A DNA stretch of 61,378 bases, the filler included, from Blastocystis sp. subtype 4 (Eukaryota), in NCBI RefSeq assembly GCF_000743755.1. It is 2 parts of 2 records of this genome, joined end to end, with 100 filler letters (N's around TTAATTAATTAA, not from the genome) between each part and the next. Parts side by side here need not be neighbours in the genome. Positions count along the whole stretch, not along the records: positions 1 to 30,710 come from NW_014569432.1; 1 more part is not named here. The stretch is one strand, 5' to 3'. The notes under the pieces were generated by a model that was not told the origin of the DNA, searched no databases, and worked only from the letters and a program-made list of their open reading frames with translations. Numbering within the stretch: the first letter of the stretch is position 1; every line of letters starts with the position of its first letter. A program made the translations under genes and the position numbers. Positions 16,820 to 29,248 of this stretch are shown in pieces.

Positions 16820-17603
16820 CTAATTCGTTTTCTTTACTTCTAAGACTCCTTGTCGAATCAAGTATTCGACATCAGATAGCCGCAGATAGTGAATGCTATT
16901 CTTTTCTAAGTGGCGTTAAACAACTCTCCCCAAGCGATCCAAGGATATATTCACAGGTCCTGAAGCTGTTACGATCTCTCCATAATCTTGTAAAGCGACC
17001 ACCTCGACATACAATGAATGAGGAGGAAACATATTCTAGATTACAAGCAGGATTAAATAGTACTGCTGTAAGATCAAAACCTGAGTTCTGCATATATGTT
17101 CCCAGAAGTTGATCATAGTCTTGATAGAATTTAATTTCTCCTTTACTCATCAGGGACAGGACATCTTCTGAATTCAATTGGCCAACTGCCCATCGATACT
17201 CTCGGATCTTGGTGAGTCGATGTTTTCTACCTTGAAGACAGACTACTAAGTGTACAAATAGGCATAGATACATCGTTTATCGTGATAGAATGTGCAGTGA
17301 TGAATGTTTAACATAATGTTGAGACCATTGATGATCTCTTCCTTTTCTCTATCAGATGATAATACTCAACTGACTCTACTCAGCATCATTCCCTTCACTT
17401 AACTCCGATGTATAGGTTTGCATTTTGTCGTACATAATTAGAATCCTCTCCATGAGTCGATCCATCTCATCAAACACAGTATTGATTCCATCTTCCTGAA
17501 CATCACTTTTCCAATGGATAGTTACATTATATTTGGGGATCCATTCACTTCGTTTCAACTCCTTAAGCAGATCCGTTGCTTTGTTGGAGAGGGAGTAAGC
17601 CAT
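16820..17603 (-). CDS. GINS1: GINS complex subunit 1 (Psf1)
   Basis: ATDLLKELKRSEWIPKYNED, KRCIYAYL..RLTKI, PPHSLYVEV..LQDYGEIVT, VEYLIRQGVLE. Confidence 0.92.
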
Positions 17604-17795
17604 TTTTTGAATTACAGAAATCTGTCCAATTTCGTATACATCATCCGATCTTTTGTTTGGAAACAAGTATGGGATGGAAAACATGGGAATAGGTAGATGA
17701 TGGGATTTCAAGTGAAATAAAGGTAATTCCAAAGAACAGAATCACGTGTCTTTGAACGAATAGGACCCTTTCTATATCCATGTTTACATACGAAT

Positions 17796-20700
17796 ATGCT
17801 TACAGAAGCAGAGTTGAATAATTTTGTCTCCTTTGGAGTGTTATCAGATGATGGAATAGCCGATGTAATCATTGAAAAGGTGAAATAAAGACAAGATAAC
17901 GATTACTATCAATGACCGAACGACAATGATCATTTCTGCGAAGGGAGTTCCGGTAGTGAAGTATAGATCTTGCGATGCTTAGATGCTTACAATCCCATTG
18001 TTCCAGATCTGTGGATTTGTTCAGAACAAGTTTCGGGAGAATGGAATGACTATTTACTTTAAGAAGTTGGCTTCATTCACAGTCTCAATCTCTAGTGTTT
18101 ATCTTCCTTTGTATTTTGAAACTATGAATGGAAGAGTTTGTGGTTATATGGTTCGACTATTGAATGGTAGGAATTGTTCGGCTCTGATTCCAAGACCTTC
18201 TTACCAATACAGATTCACACATCGCTTCTTGGTATTACGAGCTGTGGGTGTCGGAATATTCTTCTAAAAGTTAGATATGAAGAGGGACTAGCAGAGAAAC
18301 AAGGGAAGCATCTATGGGCGACGCGATATCTCTGTTTAGTTGGTTGTCGTCTTCTCGTTTTTCGATATCCTATCAATCGTAAACGAGGAAACCAGAATCT
18401 CCCTTTGAATGTCATTGATTTGACAAATGCATTGGTGACCCGGAACGATACCAAGAGTATGGTCACGGTATCTACTCATCGTGATGTTGTTGGATATGGA
18501 GTGACTGATCCATAGTATGAATTCCGATTTGCTTCGAAGGCTGAGATGACCCGATGGTTTCTTGTTCTAACTGCTTCCATATCCAGAGGTATTTCTCTGT
18601 TCAATTCTAGTGATATGGATCTTCAGCAGACTCTTCCAGTGGAGAATACAAGTTGTAGTTATCATGATCATGAGGAAGGGACTGTAGAGAGGAAGAAACG
18701 GCCTCCTCCTCTTGACTTGTCGTCTCCTGTTCTTGCAGGTGCCGAAGTGATTGTTGAGCCTCGAGTGCCATTGAAGTGTGTAAGTCAGAGGGATACATGC
18801 CATCTGAGTGAGAATCATCACAATACAGGTGAGGGTGATGATTGTGTGAAGAATGAGTTGAGTATAAATGTGAGAAGGAAACTGGATGCAAAGGTGGGGA
18901 GTGAGTTAGGTTTGGTTATAGGGAGTGAACCAGGTGGGGATATGGGGAGGCAGCTTGATGGTAATATGGGGAGGCAGCTTGATGGTAATATGGGGAGACA
19001 ACTTGTTAGTAGTACAGTGAAGAAGGATAATGGCAATGGTTTAACAAACAAACTCGAAAGTAATAACAATGTCACTCATTCAGCCGTCTTATATCATCCT
19101 ACCAATAAGGGACCGCAGCAACGGTCCAGTCTACAAAACAGAAGTCCCTCTTCCCAGGGACCAGAGTCTATTAGAGAAGCAGCTGTATACCAAAAACCTG
19201 TCGCAAAGTCCATTCATGTCAGCTTTACCATTGATTCTGATACATAGTTCAGTGTTTATTCCTGGGGAAATAATACATGCCATCAACTCGCCCATTCGTT
19301 TGATACTGACTTTTCTCCGAATCCTTCTAGAATCGAATCAGTCTCAGCCCCTCAACTCTTTCCAGTTCTTATTGCGGCTGGTGATTTTCATGCTCTCTGT
19401 CTATCCGATGAAGGAGAACTGTATGCTTGGGGGAATGGTCTCAAGGGCCAACTGGGGTTGGGAACAAACGTGACTGTCTGTAATATTCCAAGAAAGGTAT
19501 CAAAACAGTAAATGATGAAACGTAGCTTGATTCCTTGAAAAACACAATCATACTGTCGGTTGCATGTGGAGGATCACACTCAGCTTGTTTAACATCAACC
19601 GGAAATGTGTATACATGGGGTAATGGGGCATATGGTCAATTAGGACAAGGATTGGACTGCGAAATGACTGCCGAGCCAAGATTAGTTGCCAAGTTGAAAG
19701 GAAGAGACATCATATCCATCGCCTGTGGTCAGAATCATACAATGTTCGTATCGTCTTCTGGATTGGTATATGCATGTGGAAACGGTTATTATGGACAGTT
19801 GGGATTAGCACAAGGAGTAGACTATGTAAGGGAGAAGAAACAATTAATGTCTAGTATACACCAGTTCCAATCACTGCTCTTCAAGGGTATTCCATTAGCC
19901 AACTTGCATGTGGAGAGACTTTCACGATATTCGTTGGGAACAAGAACGAATTAATCGTTACTGGAATGCTGGAAACTAGTGAAGAAGTCTTTGACTTGCG
20001 TCGTACCCAACTAGCGATTCCTCATATCGTTCCATTTCAGGAAACGATCCTGAAGGTAGCAGCTGGAACTCGATTTGCATTAGTAGGTAAGACGAATGGA
20101 TCAAGAATAGATTTTGTCAACAGCATCCGATGAGAATCATGTGTATTGCTGGCAAGCAGATGAAGAGCATCCTGAAACGCTTTCAATTCCAGTGTTGATT
20201 CCTTCTCTCTCAAGAAGGCAGATCACAGATATCGCATGTGGGACATCTCACTGTATTGCCTTCTCCTCAATCACATCTAAAGCATACTCATGGGGGACAA
20301 ACTACTGTGGTGAGTTGGGAATTGGGTCTGTGAACCCGGTTAACGAACCAACAGAAATAGTTATGCCAAATGATGATAAGTTAACTCAAGTGAGTTGTGG
20401 AAATGCATTCACCATTGGTATTAGTTTGCCACTGAAGAGTGTACAAAGTGGTTCGGGAACATTTATACCGTCAAGTGAGATTCTACAGCAGATCTCAAGA
20501 GGATGTGCATTGGACTCAGTTCAATTTGATTCTGGAGATGTTAGTACGATTCAACAAACAGATTCTACCATGGATGCGGTTCTTCTTACCTCTTTTCAAC
20601 CTACTCCTTTAAAGACGGATATGAATCAACCAACAATCAGTACTACCCAACCTGCTCTCACATCAACTACTCTATTAACAACCAATACCCTTTCAAACAT

Positions 20701-20822
20701 TCCGCCTACAACTACTATCCATTCCTACTCTACCGATACGATGCAATCGTCTTCAACAGATACTCTGTACACAACAACGATTGTTTCTCGTCAAGATCGA
20801 TTCACTTTTGATATTTGTTCGT
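17796..20822 (+). CDS. PH-domain + RCC1-repeat protein
   Basis: PH-like EGLAEKQGKHLWATRYLCL...RWFLVL; RCC1 repeats VACGGSHSACLTSTGNVYTWGNGAYGQLG, IACGQNHTMF, YSWGTNYCGELG; in-frame T at 20822 is followed by a 4-nt spacer and TGTTTGTT. Confidence 0.82.
18942..19004 (+). repeat. 24-bp coding tandem repeat, ~2.6 copies (MGRQLDGN)
   Basis: atggggaggcagcttgatggtaat repeated directly. Confidence 0.9.
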
Positions 20823-20888
20823 CGGGTGTTTGTTTCTATACCTATGGAACACGAATATAGAAACAAACACTTCTAGAGGTCCAATCCT

Positions 20889-22227
20889 TTAGATACCCAA
20901 CTTTCCATTTCTCCATGAAGCAGAAGATGAAAAGATAGGAATGTACTTATCAATCCGACCACGTTGCTTCTGAATAATGCATTCACTAATCCACACTAGA
21001 TTGCGAATTTCCTGTAGTTTCAGATGACAATAGCTATAGAAACAAGCTATCCATCACACATACACACAAAAAACTCACTAAGTTGGAACTGGCTGTCAAA
21101 TCCGCCTTCCAACAATCGAATCTCATTTAGATAGAAGGCATCATCGATACTCATCCCTTCATTCACAATGGCAGTCTGGAAAATACGACGATATACCCAA
21201 TACTTATCTAAAGCCTTTCCTAAGGCTTCTGGATCCTCACTTGCACACAAAGATTCCACTCCTTCGGGATACAAGAAGCCGATACTTGGCATCAGACTCT
21301 TTCGAAGATCTCGGAACTTGGGCTATTCATCACAACAGAAAATGCAATAGTACGTCATTATACGCAGTTCCAAAGCTATTCAACACTAGATTGATTGCAA
21401 GTGTGTCTGCCTTGGTTTTGAGAATTTCTCCCATAGTTTCTGCAGTATAGCCACCAAGTTCCTGGGTCCAATAATAGAAATCCTCAAGATAGAGTCGCAT
21501 CACACCATGATGAATCAGCGTGAGGGAATTCTCTTCCAGAAGTGCCTTGACTGTCTTTGCTCCATGCAACAAATGATTTTCCGTTAGATCGTTAAGATAC
21601 TGAGAGAAGTATTTTCCTACTGGCACTTCAACGAGAACGATCTGAAAGAGATCGTGATATCCTTTTGGAGTATTTTCAAATTGCAATAAAGACTTAATGA
21701 TATGCTCAGGAAGAGCTCCCAATGGGTTCCATTCCTCTTCCAACTCATTAGCCGTAAGAGTAGAACTGGTGAGGGACCGCTTCAGAATGAGCAAAATATT
21801 GTCAATCATGAATTCATACCTATGCAATCAATGCAGCTTATCTAAAATACGTCGTGAAATCCATAAACTGAGCGAGAGGTTGTGATGCCATAGCTCGCAT
21901 AAACTTCCATTCATTTGCCAACTTACGGAGAGCACATTTCTGAATTGAACTAGGAAAAAGGGGAGATGACTATAAGTTAATAGCAGGAACTGACCCAACT
22001 TCATCATTCATAAAATTGCCGTAATCAGTTTCCTGGAGGTTCAGTTTCATATCTATCAGTGATCTTTGAACAAGGGGGATACCATCAATTGTCTCACACT
22101 GAGCAAGATGACGATATTCAGACTCTGAAAGGAATCCAGATCGATAGCCTCGAACAAGAGCCTCCATATAACCATGCTGCATGTTGAACGTGTTTAAGTC
22201 ACCTAATCTCGTTCGGTCCGTTTGCAT
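20889..22227 (-). CDS. VMA6: V-type ATPase V0 subunit d
   Basis: [68 protein letters not shown]. Confidence 0.96.
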
Positions 22228-22697
22228 AGTATGGGCTTATAAAAAATACAATAAGAACAATAAAGAGAAGAAAAGAATGTGTTTCAAATACAACCAACAA
22301 GCGAATTGATTCTATGAATAGGAGTGGATGGAGGCAGTATGAGAAACTGGGTTCCATTCGTTTTGGGGAAAACCAAAGCCATTCAAACTCTAACGGATAT
22401 GGTTGGAAGTGGTGAATAGAAACTCTGAGGATAGTCGACTACGAACAACGGAAATGTCCGAAAGCCATATCACAGCATTGCAGGATTTTGAAACTTCTAT
22501 TGGAGGAGCAACCACATCTGACTCGTTCTCAGAAACTTATAGGATACAATGCAGAAGTCGAAGATGTTCTTCAGCAGAAATCGTCAGTGATCTCATTCGT
22601 TGATGGTGAATTTTATACAAGATTGTTTACCATTCAATAACAAGTCTTTTCAAACAACGATTCGACATCATCAAGGACTTCATTTTCCTTTTGACAA

Positions 22698-23487
22698 ATG
22701 GCTGAGACTGTTGTTACTCGTTTTACCGCGCTAGCTAAGAGAGTCACAGAGCTTTCACAACAATTAAATCGTACTGTGGTAAGGGATGGAGGTTTCTTTA
22801 ACAAATAGCCTCGTATTGTAGCTGTAAGTAAGAAGAAGCCTGCCGAGAACATTCAAGAACTTTATGATTATGGCCATCGTGATTTTGGTGAGAACTATGT
22901 CCAAGAGCTGATGGACAAGGCAGAAATCCTTCCCAAAGACATTAAATGGCATTTGATTGGTCACCTTCAGAGTGGAAAGTGTAATCAGCTTCTTCGCAAG
23001 ATTCCTAATCTTTGGGTGATAGAAAGTGTGGATAGCATAAAACTGGCTGAGAAACTGAATTCTGCCTGTTCTCTTGCTGAGCGTAAGGATCCACTGAATG
23101 TCTTTGTTGAAGTTCATACAAGTGGTGAAGAATCGTTTGGCATGCTGTATATGACTGATTGATAGAAAGAGCGGTTGCCTTCCTGAGGAGTTTACCTCCC
23201 TTGCTGAGTTTATTCTCTCGGAATGTCCGAAGTTGAGACTCATGGGTTTGATGACAATTGGCAAGTTGGATGCTCCTCCCGAACCCTATTTCACGGTTGT
23301 GCTAGTGGAATGGATTGATCGTTAGAAGTTAATTCAGCTGCGTGATTCGTTTGTCGAGAAGCACCCTGAGGTTGGCACATTGGAACTGAGTATGGGCATG
23401 TCTGGCGATTGGGAGACTGCTGTGAAGATGGGTAGTACAAACATTCGTGTTGGTACTACAATCTTTGGTGCACGTGTGTACAATTGA
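22698..23487 (+). CDS. PLPBP: Pyridoxal phosphate homeostasis protein (YggS/PROSC)
   Basis: RIVAVSKKKP, FGENYVQEL, WHLIGHLQSGK, GLMTIG, ELSMGMSGD, GSTNIRVGTTIFGAR. Confidence 0.96.
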
Positions 23488-23531
23488 GGTATACCACTGT
23501 ACCAGGAATTCCTGTTTGTAACAAATAAGTG

Positions 23532-24858
23532 ATCGAACTTCTTTAGCTCGTAACAAGACACTCCAAGATGTCTCTACCATTTGCTTTGTACACGCATAAG
23601 GGGTTTTGAAAACCATCTGATAATTGCACATACCATACTCCTAACAATCATAAATACTACATTTACAAACTCGAAATTCAACAATTTGACCTTCTCTTCC
23701 ACACTCATACAGTACCGCCGTATGTCGAATACTTCCATCAATACACACATCTTCTCCTTCATAGGTTTGAGTTCTAAAATGACCTCGATTAACTAAATAC
23801 TTCCAATGGTCCGGAATATCAATGTCTTCTAACCATGCATTCTTACTCCCGATGAGAGTCTGCTCGAATGAAGTATCGTCATTTAAGACGATCTTCGCTG
23901 CATCTGCTTTGGATCCACCCAAGCTGACACTTCCAGTAAGTCCAAAACTCTTATCTTACAAGTCATTGCGTCGTCTCCATGTTTCTGTCTGATTCGACTT
24001 TTGAACGAGATAAGCAAATGGACAAAATTCAATAGAATACATCTTGTTATAGTAGTTGGGAGTTCCTCTTTTCATTTCCTGTTCACCTACCAATGAGAAC
24101 ACAAAAATACCGATACCGAAGGGTTGAGAATGATAGCACTCCAAAATCAGAGGCAAATACTGAAGTCGATCCCCAAAGAGTGATTGCAAGTGCATCTTGC
24201 TTTTGGTACGAAGAAACTCAGAAACAGTCTCAAGAGCTTCAATTCGTTTCTGCAAATAAACGAACTGGTTACGTTGTCGTTCAGAGAGACGATGATTAGC
24301 ATGGTACTTTGATAAAATAGACCCTGATTCTGATTTTAGGGATTTCAAAAGCTTTGGGATTGATTTAATAGTTTCTTTTAAAGGGATTGCTTGTTTGCGA
24401 CCTTCTTTCTGAACATGAACTGAACACCCAAAACTCTACTTGCTCATCATAAATAGACTGTAGGTTCAGGATTGTAGCAGCATTGCGTTCATCACATTTA
24501 TTCGTCCATTGAGTACGGATGGAATCTGCTTCATCTCTAAAATGAAAAATCAATCGAACTGATACGAACAGTCACAGCAGTCACATAATCCATCATTGAC
24601 AAACATACTCGCCAATATACGCTGATTTCTATGCATGATCCTATAATGAATATCGTACCCATCCTTTCCAATCTCTTGCTTACAAACGAATGTGTTTTGG
24701 TTGCACACGTAGGTCTCCCATTCATCACTTCCGTCCTCACAATCACAATATCCGTCATTGACTCTCGAAGAAGGAATAGTCTTCATTGTTGAGTTACATA
24801 CGAATGCGATGGATGTGCAAAGCAAAAGGATTCCAACAAGAAACCAAGATTGTTTCAT
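23532..24858 (-). CDS. Glucosidase II beta subunit-like (PRKCSH/Gtb1)
   Basis: Signal peptide; VNDGYCDCEDGSDE and VNDGLCDCCDCS; C-terminal MRH-like YECG...CNYQMVFKTPYAC; probable poly(A)-made stop at 23532. Confidence 0.85.
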
Positions 24859-24959
24859 TGTTTTTCGGATTTGATCACACGATATACGATTAATTGGGCA
24901 TTCGGCAATTAGGTGTCGTATGAAAGGGGCACCGAATCAGGGCTTGTGACGAACTCAAA

Positions 24960-26167
24960 ATGCGGTACGGACAGATCGTTCTGGGACCTCCTGGTTCTGG
25001 AAAGTCCACATATTGTAGTTTTCTACAAAAGTACTATACAGCATCGGATCGGAAGTGTATTGTTGTGAATCTGGATCCTGCAAATGATAATATAACGTAT
25101 ATATGTGTCTAAAGTGGTTTTCGTAGATATGATTGCAAAGTAAACATTACAGAGCTGATTTGTTTGGAAGATGTGATGACAGAATATGATTTGGGGCCGA
25201 ATGGAGGATTACTGTTTTGTATGGAATTCTTACTGAAGAATCTAGAGTGGCTATATTCTCGATTGGACGAGTTTCCGAGTCTGTGCTATTACCCTGAGGT
25301 AACTTTCAGATTGCTACTTGCTCTTTGACTTTCCTGGACAAGTGGAACTGTTCACAGCAAATGACAACATCAAGTTGATCCTTAATGACATGGAAAGACA
25401 TGACTATCGCGTTTGAGTGTCAGTTGTTATTGAATTATAGCTTGTTGCAGTCAACTTAGTTGATTCATTTTATTGTTCGAATCCAGAAGTGTTTATCTCA
25501 GCGGGACTGACTTCACTCATTTCTATGATCAATCTGGAGATTCCAGCAATCAATGTGCTTTCCAAGGTGGATTTAATCTCAAAATATGGTACTGTTGAAT
25601 ACGATTTGGACTATTACACGGAGCTTCCAGATATGACACGGATGTTGTTTAGTGTGGATCGGTAGAATTTGCTAATGTGCCTGATCTGTAGTCAGAATTG
25701 TCATTGTAATGAAGAGACTGCTACGGGAGAGGCTATACAAGAGACGACTGTCGGAGAAGGTACTGGAGAAACTGAAGAAGTGGTGCAGAATGATGAAGAG
25801 GCATTTGTAAATCGACCTAAGGATCCATTCCAACAGAAATATCGAAAGTGAGCCAATTTTTACAGTCGTTAGTCGAAGACTCTACTGGATGCTGTGCGAC
25901 ATTATTGATGATTATGGCCTTCTTTCCTATGTGCCTCTAGATATCCAGTCACCCACAAGCTTATCAAAGATTGTAGAACTAGCTGACAAAGCCAATGGTT
26001 TCTCTCTGTATCAATATGTAACACAGTCGAGTGAAGTTGATCCCGAACTCCAGGTATACTCCAAGAATGACTCATCCTACTACGACATGGTTGATGGTTT
26101 GTTTTTGTGGAAGAGATGAGGGATAGAAATGAATGAAAAGTATGCCCAAGGAGAAGATGACTTTTGA
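24960..26167 (+). CDS. GPN2: GPN-loop GTPase 2
   Basis: MRYGQIVLGPPGSGKSTYC, VVNLDPAND, LGPNGGLLFCMEFL, FDFPGQVELF, NVLSKVD, DKANG. Confidence 0.9.
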
Positions 26168-26214
26168 TTCCTTGTTTCTTTTCATAACTGAAAGATCATA
26201 CTTCATTTGAAACA

Positions 26215-27080
26215 ATGGATTTTGAGTGCATGAAAAAGATTGTAGAGGACCGGCACAGTGTCCGAGTCTTTAAGAAACAGGAAATCCCGGAGAACGTGCT
26301 TGAAACTATTTTGGGCTATTCTCTTGTATTTTTCTGAGTTTCGTATCATTATAAGCGATGCCCTACATCGATGAACACGCAACCTTTCAAGATGATTCTG
26401 GTTCGGGATGAAGAGAAGAAGGAACAATTGGCCTGTTGTATGGATGAGGGAAATGACATGACAGTCCGAACAAGTGCTGCTACGGTAGTTGTGTGTGCTG
26501 ATCAGGGTTTTGTAAGATGCGTTTGACTGAAGAGTAGATCCTGTGAAGTCTGTAAAGGAATTTGGTCAGTACGTGTTTTCGAGTGTAGAGTCTCCTAAGG
26601 TGAAGAAGATGATTCGTTATGGTCAGTATCACTCATGCTTGTTACCGTTAGCCTTCCTCATGTACTACAAGAATTCGTTTTTCTCCTTCTTCTTTGGTTG
26701 GATCCTCGACTTAGCATTTGCGATTTACCGTCTTTTCTCTGCATCGCCTGCTCGACTAACGACTCAGGCATGGTCTTATCAGCAAGCTTCTTTCCTAATG
26801 CAAGATTTGGTTATTCTTGCTGAAAGCAAAGGAATCAGTAGCTCTATCTCTTTATTTGTTCCCTAGGCTCGTTAATTATGGAAGGTTTCAAGGAACAGCA
26901 GGTTCGTGAGTGTCTCAAGTTGCCTAAGCGATATCAGATTGCGGGCATTCTTTCGTTTGGATATGAACCAGATAATACATTAGTAAAGCCTTCGGCTCGT
27001 TTCCCGTTTGGTAATCGTTTTTTGGGGGGATTATCGAATAGATTCGATGATTTTTGACGGTACATGGGAAAAGTCATTCT
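26215..27080 (+). CDS. Nitroreductase-family flavoprotein
   Basis: IVEDRHSVRVFKKQEIPENVLETIL, PTSMNTQPFKMILVRD, LAESKG..SLIMEGF, ILSFGY, KPSARFP; no genomic stop before the next gene, T at 27080 + poly(A). Confidence 0.88.
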
Positions 27081-27084
27081 ATCG

Positions 27085-27092
27085 TGTTTGTT
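27085..27092 (+). terminator. TGTTTGTT polyadenylation element (representative copy)
   Basis: Same octamer at gene ends: + 4739, 20827, 33350, 47513; minus 4762, 12970, 16810, 20862, 27600, 41553. Confidence 0.85.
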
Positions 27093-27116
27093 ATTCACAA
27101 CATGACAGCAATCACA

Positions 27117-27575
27117 CTACTTTAACAACCTTAAATGACGAAGGAGAGTTCCATAAGCGCTCTTTACATATGGTTTTGTAGCAATTGCGGTAATGATATT
27201 CTCTGGTTGTTCTTTCCACATAATGTGATCGATTTTTCCTTCGCTTAATTTACAATCGATATCCAATAAATCAGCTTCATCCTTTGCTTCGAGAACTACC
27301 TTATGCATCCTACGCTAGAATATACACTATCAGTTTACCTATCCAAGTCTTCACAGTATGCCTGAACATTTGGATCCTTGCGAAACGTCCAAATGGCAGA
27401 AGTAGAGGCTTTGGATCAATCCACTCTAATAAACAAACCATGACACCCCTGAGCAATGATTGCTCCAAGATTCCAGGTTTTACTCTTGATGAGATCCTTC
27501 ACTTCATTTCGCTCCATCTTTTCAAACCTTTCTCAGGATAATGTATTGGACGTAAGGATCACTGCTTTCCGTCAT
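27117..27575 (-). CDS. PTRHD1: Peptidyl-tRNA hydrolase domain protein (PTRHD1-like, Pth2 family)
   Basis: YVQYIILRKDL..WNLGAIIAQGCH, MHKVVLE, HIMWKEQPENIITAIATKPY. Confidence 0.9.
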
Positions 27576-27609
27576 CACCAGACAAGTTGTGATTCCAAGA
27601 ACAAACACT

Positions 27610-28991
27610 TCACTGCATTCGGTTCAACACATCTTCCACAAAACTGTGATCTTCATCTAACCATCGACCTTGTACAATAGCTAGATATCCCTCCAATAAA
27701 GCCTTCACATTATGTTGTAGTAAGTAAAGTCGAGTCTATATCTCAATTACAGGTCTAATACTGACACTATCACTGCACTCACAAATAAAATTGCAAAGAA
27801 TTACCATTGACCTCCTAGAAGCTTCAAAATCCAAGTCACTAGTTTGATCACTTAATATGGTGATGTTATTGACAAGAATTTGAAGAATTCCAGAGTCGAA
27901 GAGCTGCTGACTACAAGTCCCTCCAGCTATATTCATCCAGCAGAACAACACCTCCAGTTTGACAAGCATATCATTGTTGTTGGGGTCAGTATAAATATTC
28001 AACAAAAACGATAACAGTCCTAGCGGAATAAGTTTGGTAGCATATACATCATTCTCAGCAAACATATTCCCGAGACATTCTAAAATAGCCTTGGTTGGAT
28101 AATTTGCTGCGGCATCGAATTGACTCGTACGTGAGGCATCCACGGCGTTAGATAATATGGTCACCAGACGAATAACGACATCTAGTGTCAGCAACCCAAC
28201 AGTTCCATCATTATTCTCCATAATCGACAGACAGAACTGCAACATATCATTGATGATTCCTGTATGAAGATCAATTTGTTTCGGAAAGGAATCCACGATT
28301 CGAATAAAGAGACCAAGAATAGTCTTCACTTCACGAAGACGCGACTGTGAGGAGCAAGAAAGCGAAGAAAATGCATTCTTCAGGAGAAACACGCAATTCT
28401 CCATAATATCTTGATTTAATGAATACTAGTACTCAGAGTGATAGAAAGATAGGACCTTATTTAGGACCCCGAGAATAATCTCAACAATACGATTAGAAAC
28501 GAGAATATTCCTACACTTCTCTTCACCACAGAGATTACCCAAACAACCAATGATCATTGGAATATACACTTTATCATTGGAGCACGCCAGTTGATTCAAT
28601 AAGATGGGAGCAATTCCTGAATACATCACTTCTCGCGTCTATGGGATTGGTCTTTATCCAAAGAGTTACCTGTTCCTCGTTTCCGGTTGCTAGATTACTC
28701 AGAATCCAAACACATTCCAACTGGATTTTGGAACTATTAGATTTCACTCCCTCAACAAGAAATGGAATAATTCCCGAAGAAATGACCGTATCAATAGGCA
28801 AAACCGACTCTATCCTAAATATGGAAGATAATATCTACTCATTGTGAGAGCACTTCGAATAGCAGTAAGTTCTTTCAACTTGCTCTTGATATCGCCTTCT
28901 TTGATGGACTGGCACATAGGGATAAGATCCTATGGAATCAGAATACAGGTATGCATACATTCGAAGAGACAGATTGGCTATCGAAGTCCAT
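27610..28991 (-). CDS. Importin-alpha-like armadillo repeat protein, apparently lacking the IBB domain
   Basis: PIDTVISSGIIPFLV, IQLECVWILSNLATG, GCLGNLCGE, FCWMNIAGG; spliced start MDFDSQSVSSNDLIPMCQ. Confidence 0.75.
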
Positions 28992-29043
28992 TTTATCGTT
29001 TTCCAATTATTGTTTATAAAGTAATCTTTGGGATCCTTCTCAA

Positions 29044-29114
29044 GCAATAGTAGTCAAGTGGTAAGATAGGTCCCTGCCACGGATCAGGCCCGGGTTCGAT
29101 TCCCGGCTATTGCA
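29044..29114 (+). tRNA. tRNA-Gly (GCC)
   Basis: Acceptor stem GCAATAG/CTATTGC, D-loop AGTGGTA, anticodon arm GGTCC-CTGCCAC-GGATC, T-arm CCGGG-TTCGATT-CCCGG, T-rich tract downstream. Confidence 0.95.
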
Positions 29115-29248
29115 TTCTTTCTTTTAGGAGATGATATTGATCAAGGATATACAAGAGTACTCTCTTGCAATTATCATGGAAGTGGTATTGGAATGCTATA
29201 TGATCGACGGATATATTATAGTGAATGTCAACAAGAAAACTCGATTAC

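Noticed and set aside
18942..19004. Short direct repeats as CRISPR-like or mobile-element ends (also 60524-60586)
   Set aside because: In-frame 24-bp coding minisatellites without spacers; no cas, transposase or RT genes in the window
22403..22603. 66-aa ORF between V-ATPase d and PLPBP
   Set aside because: No motif and no clear 3' element; more likely divergent-promoter sequence
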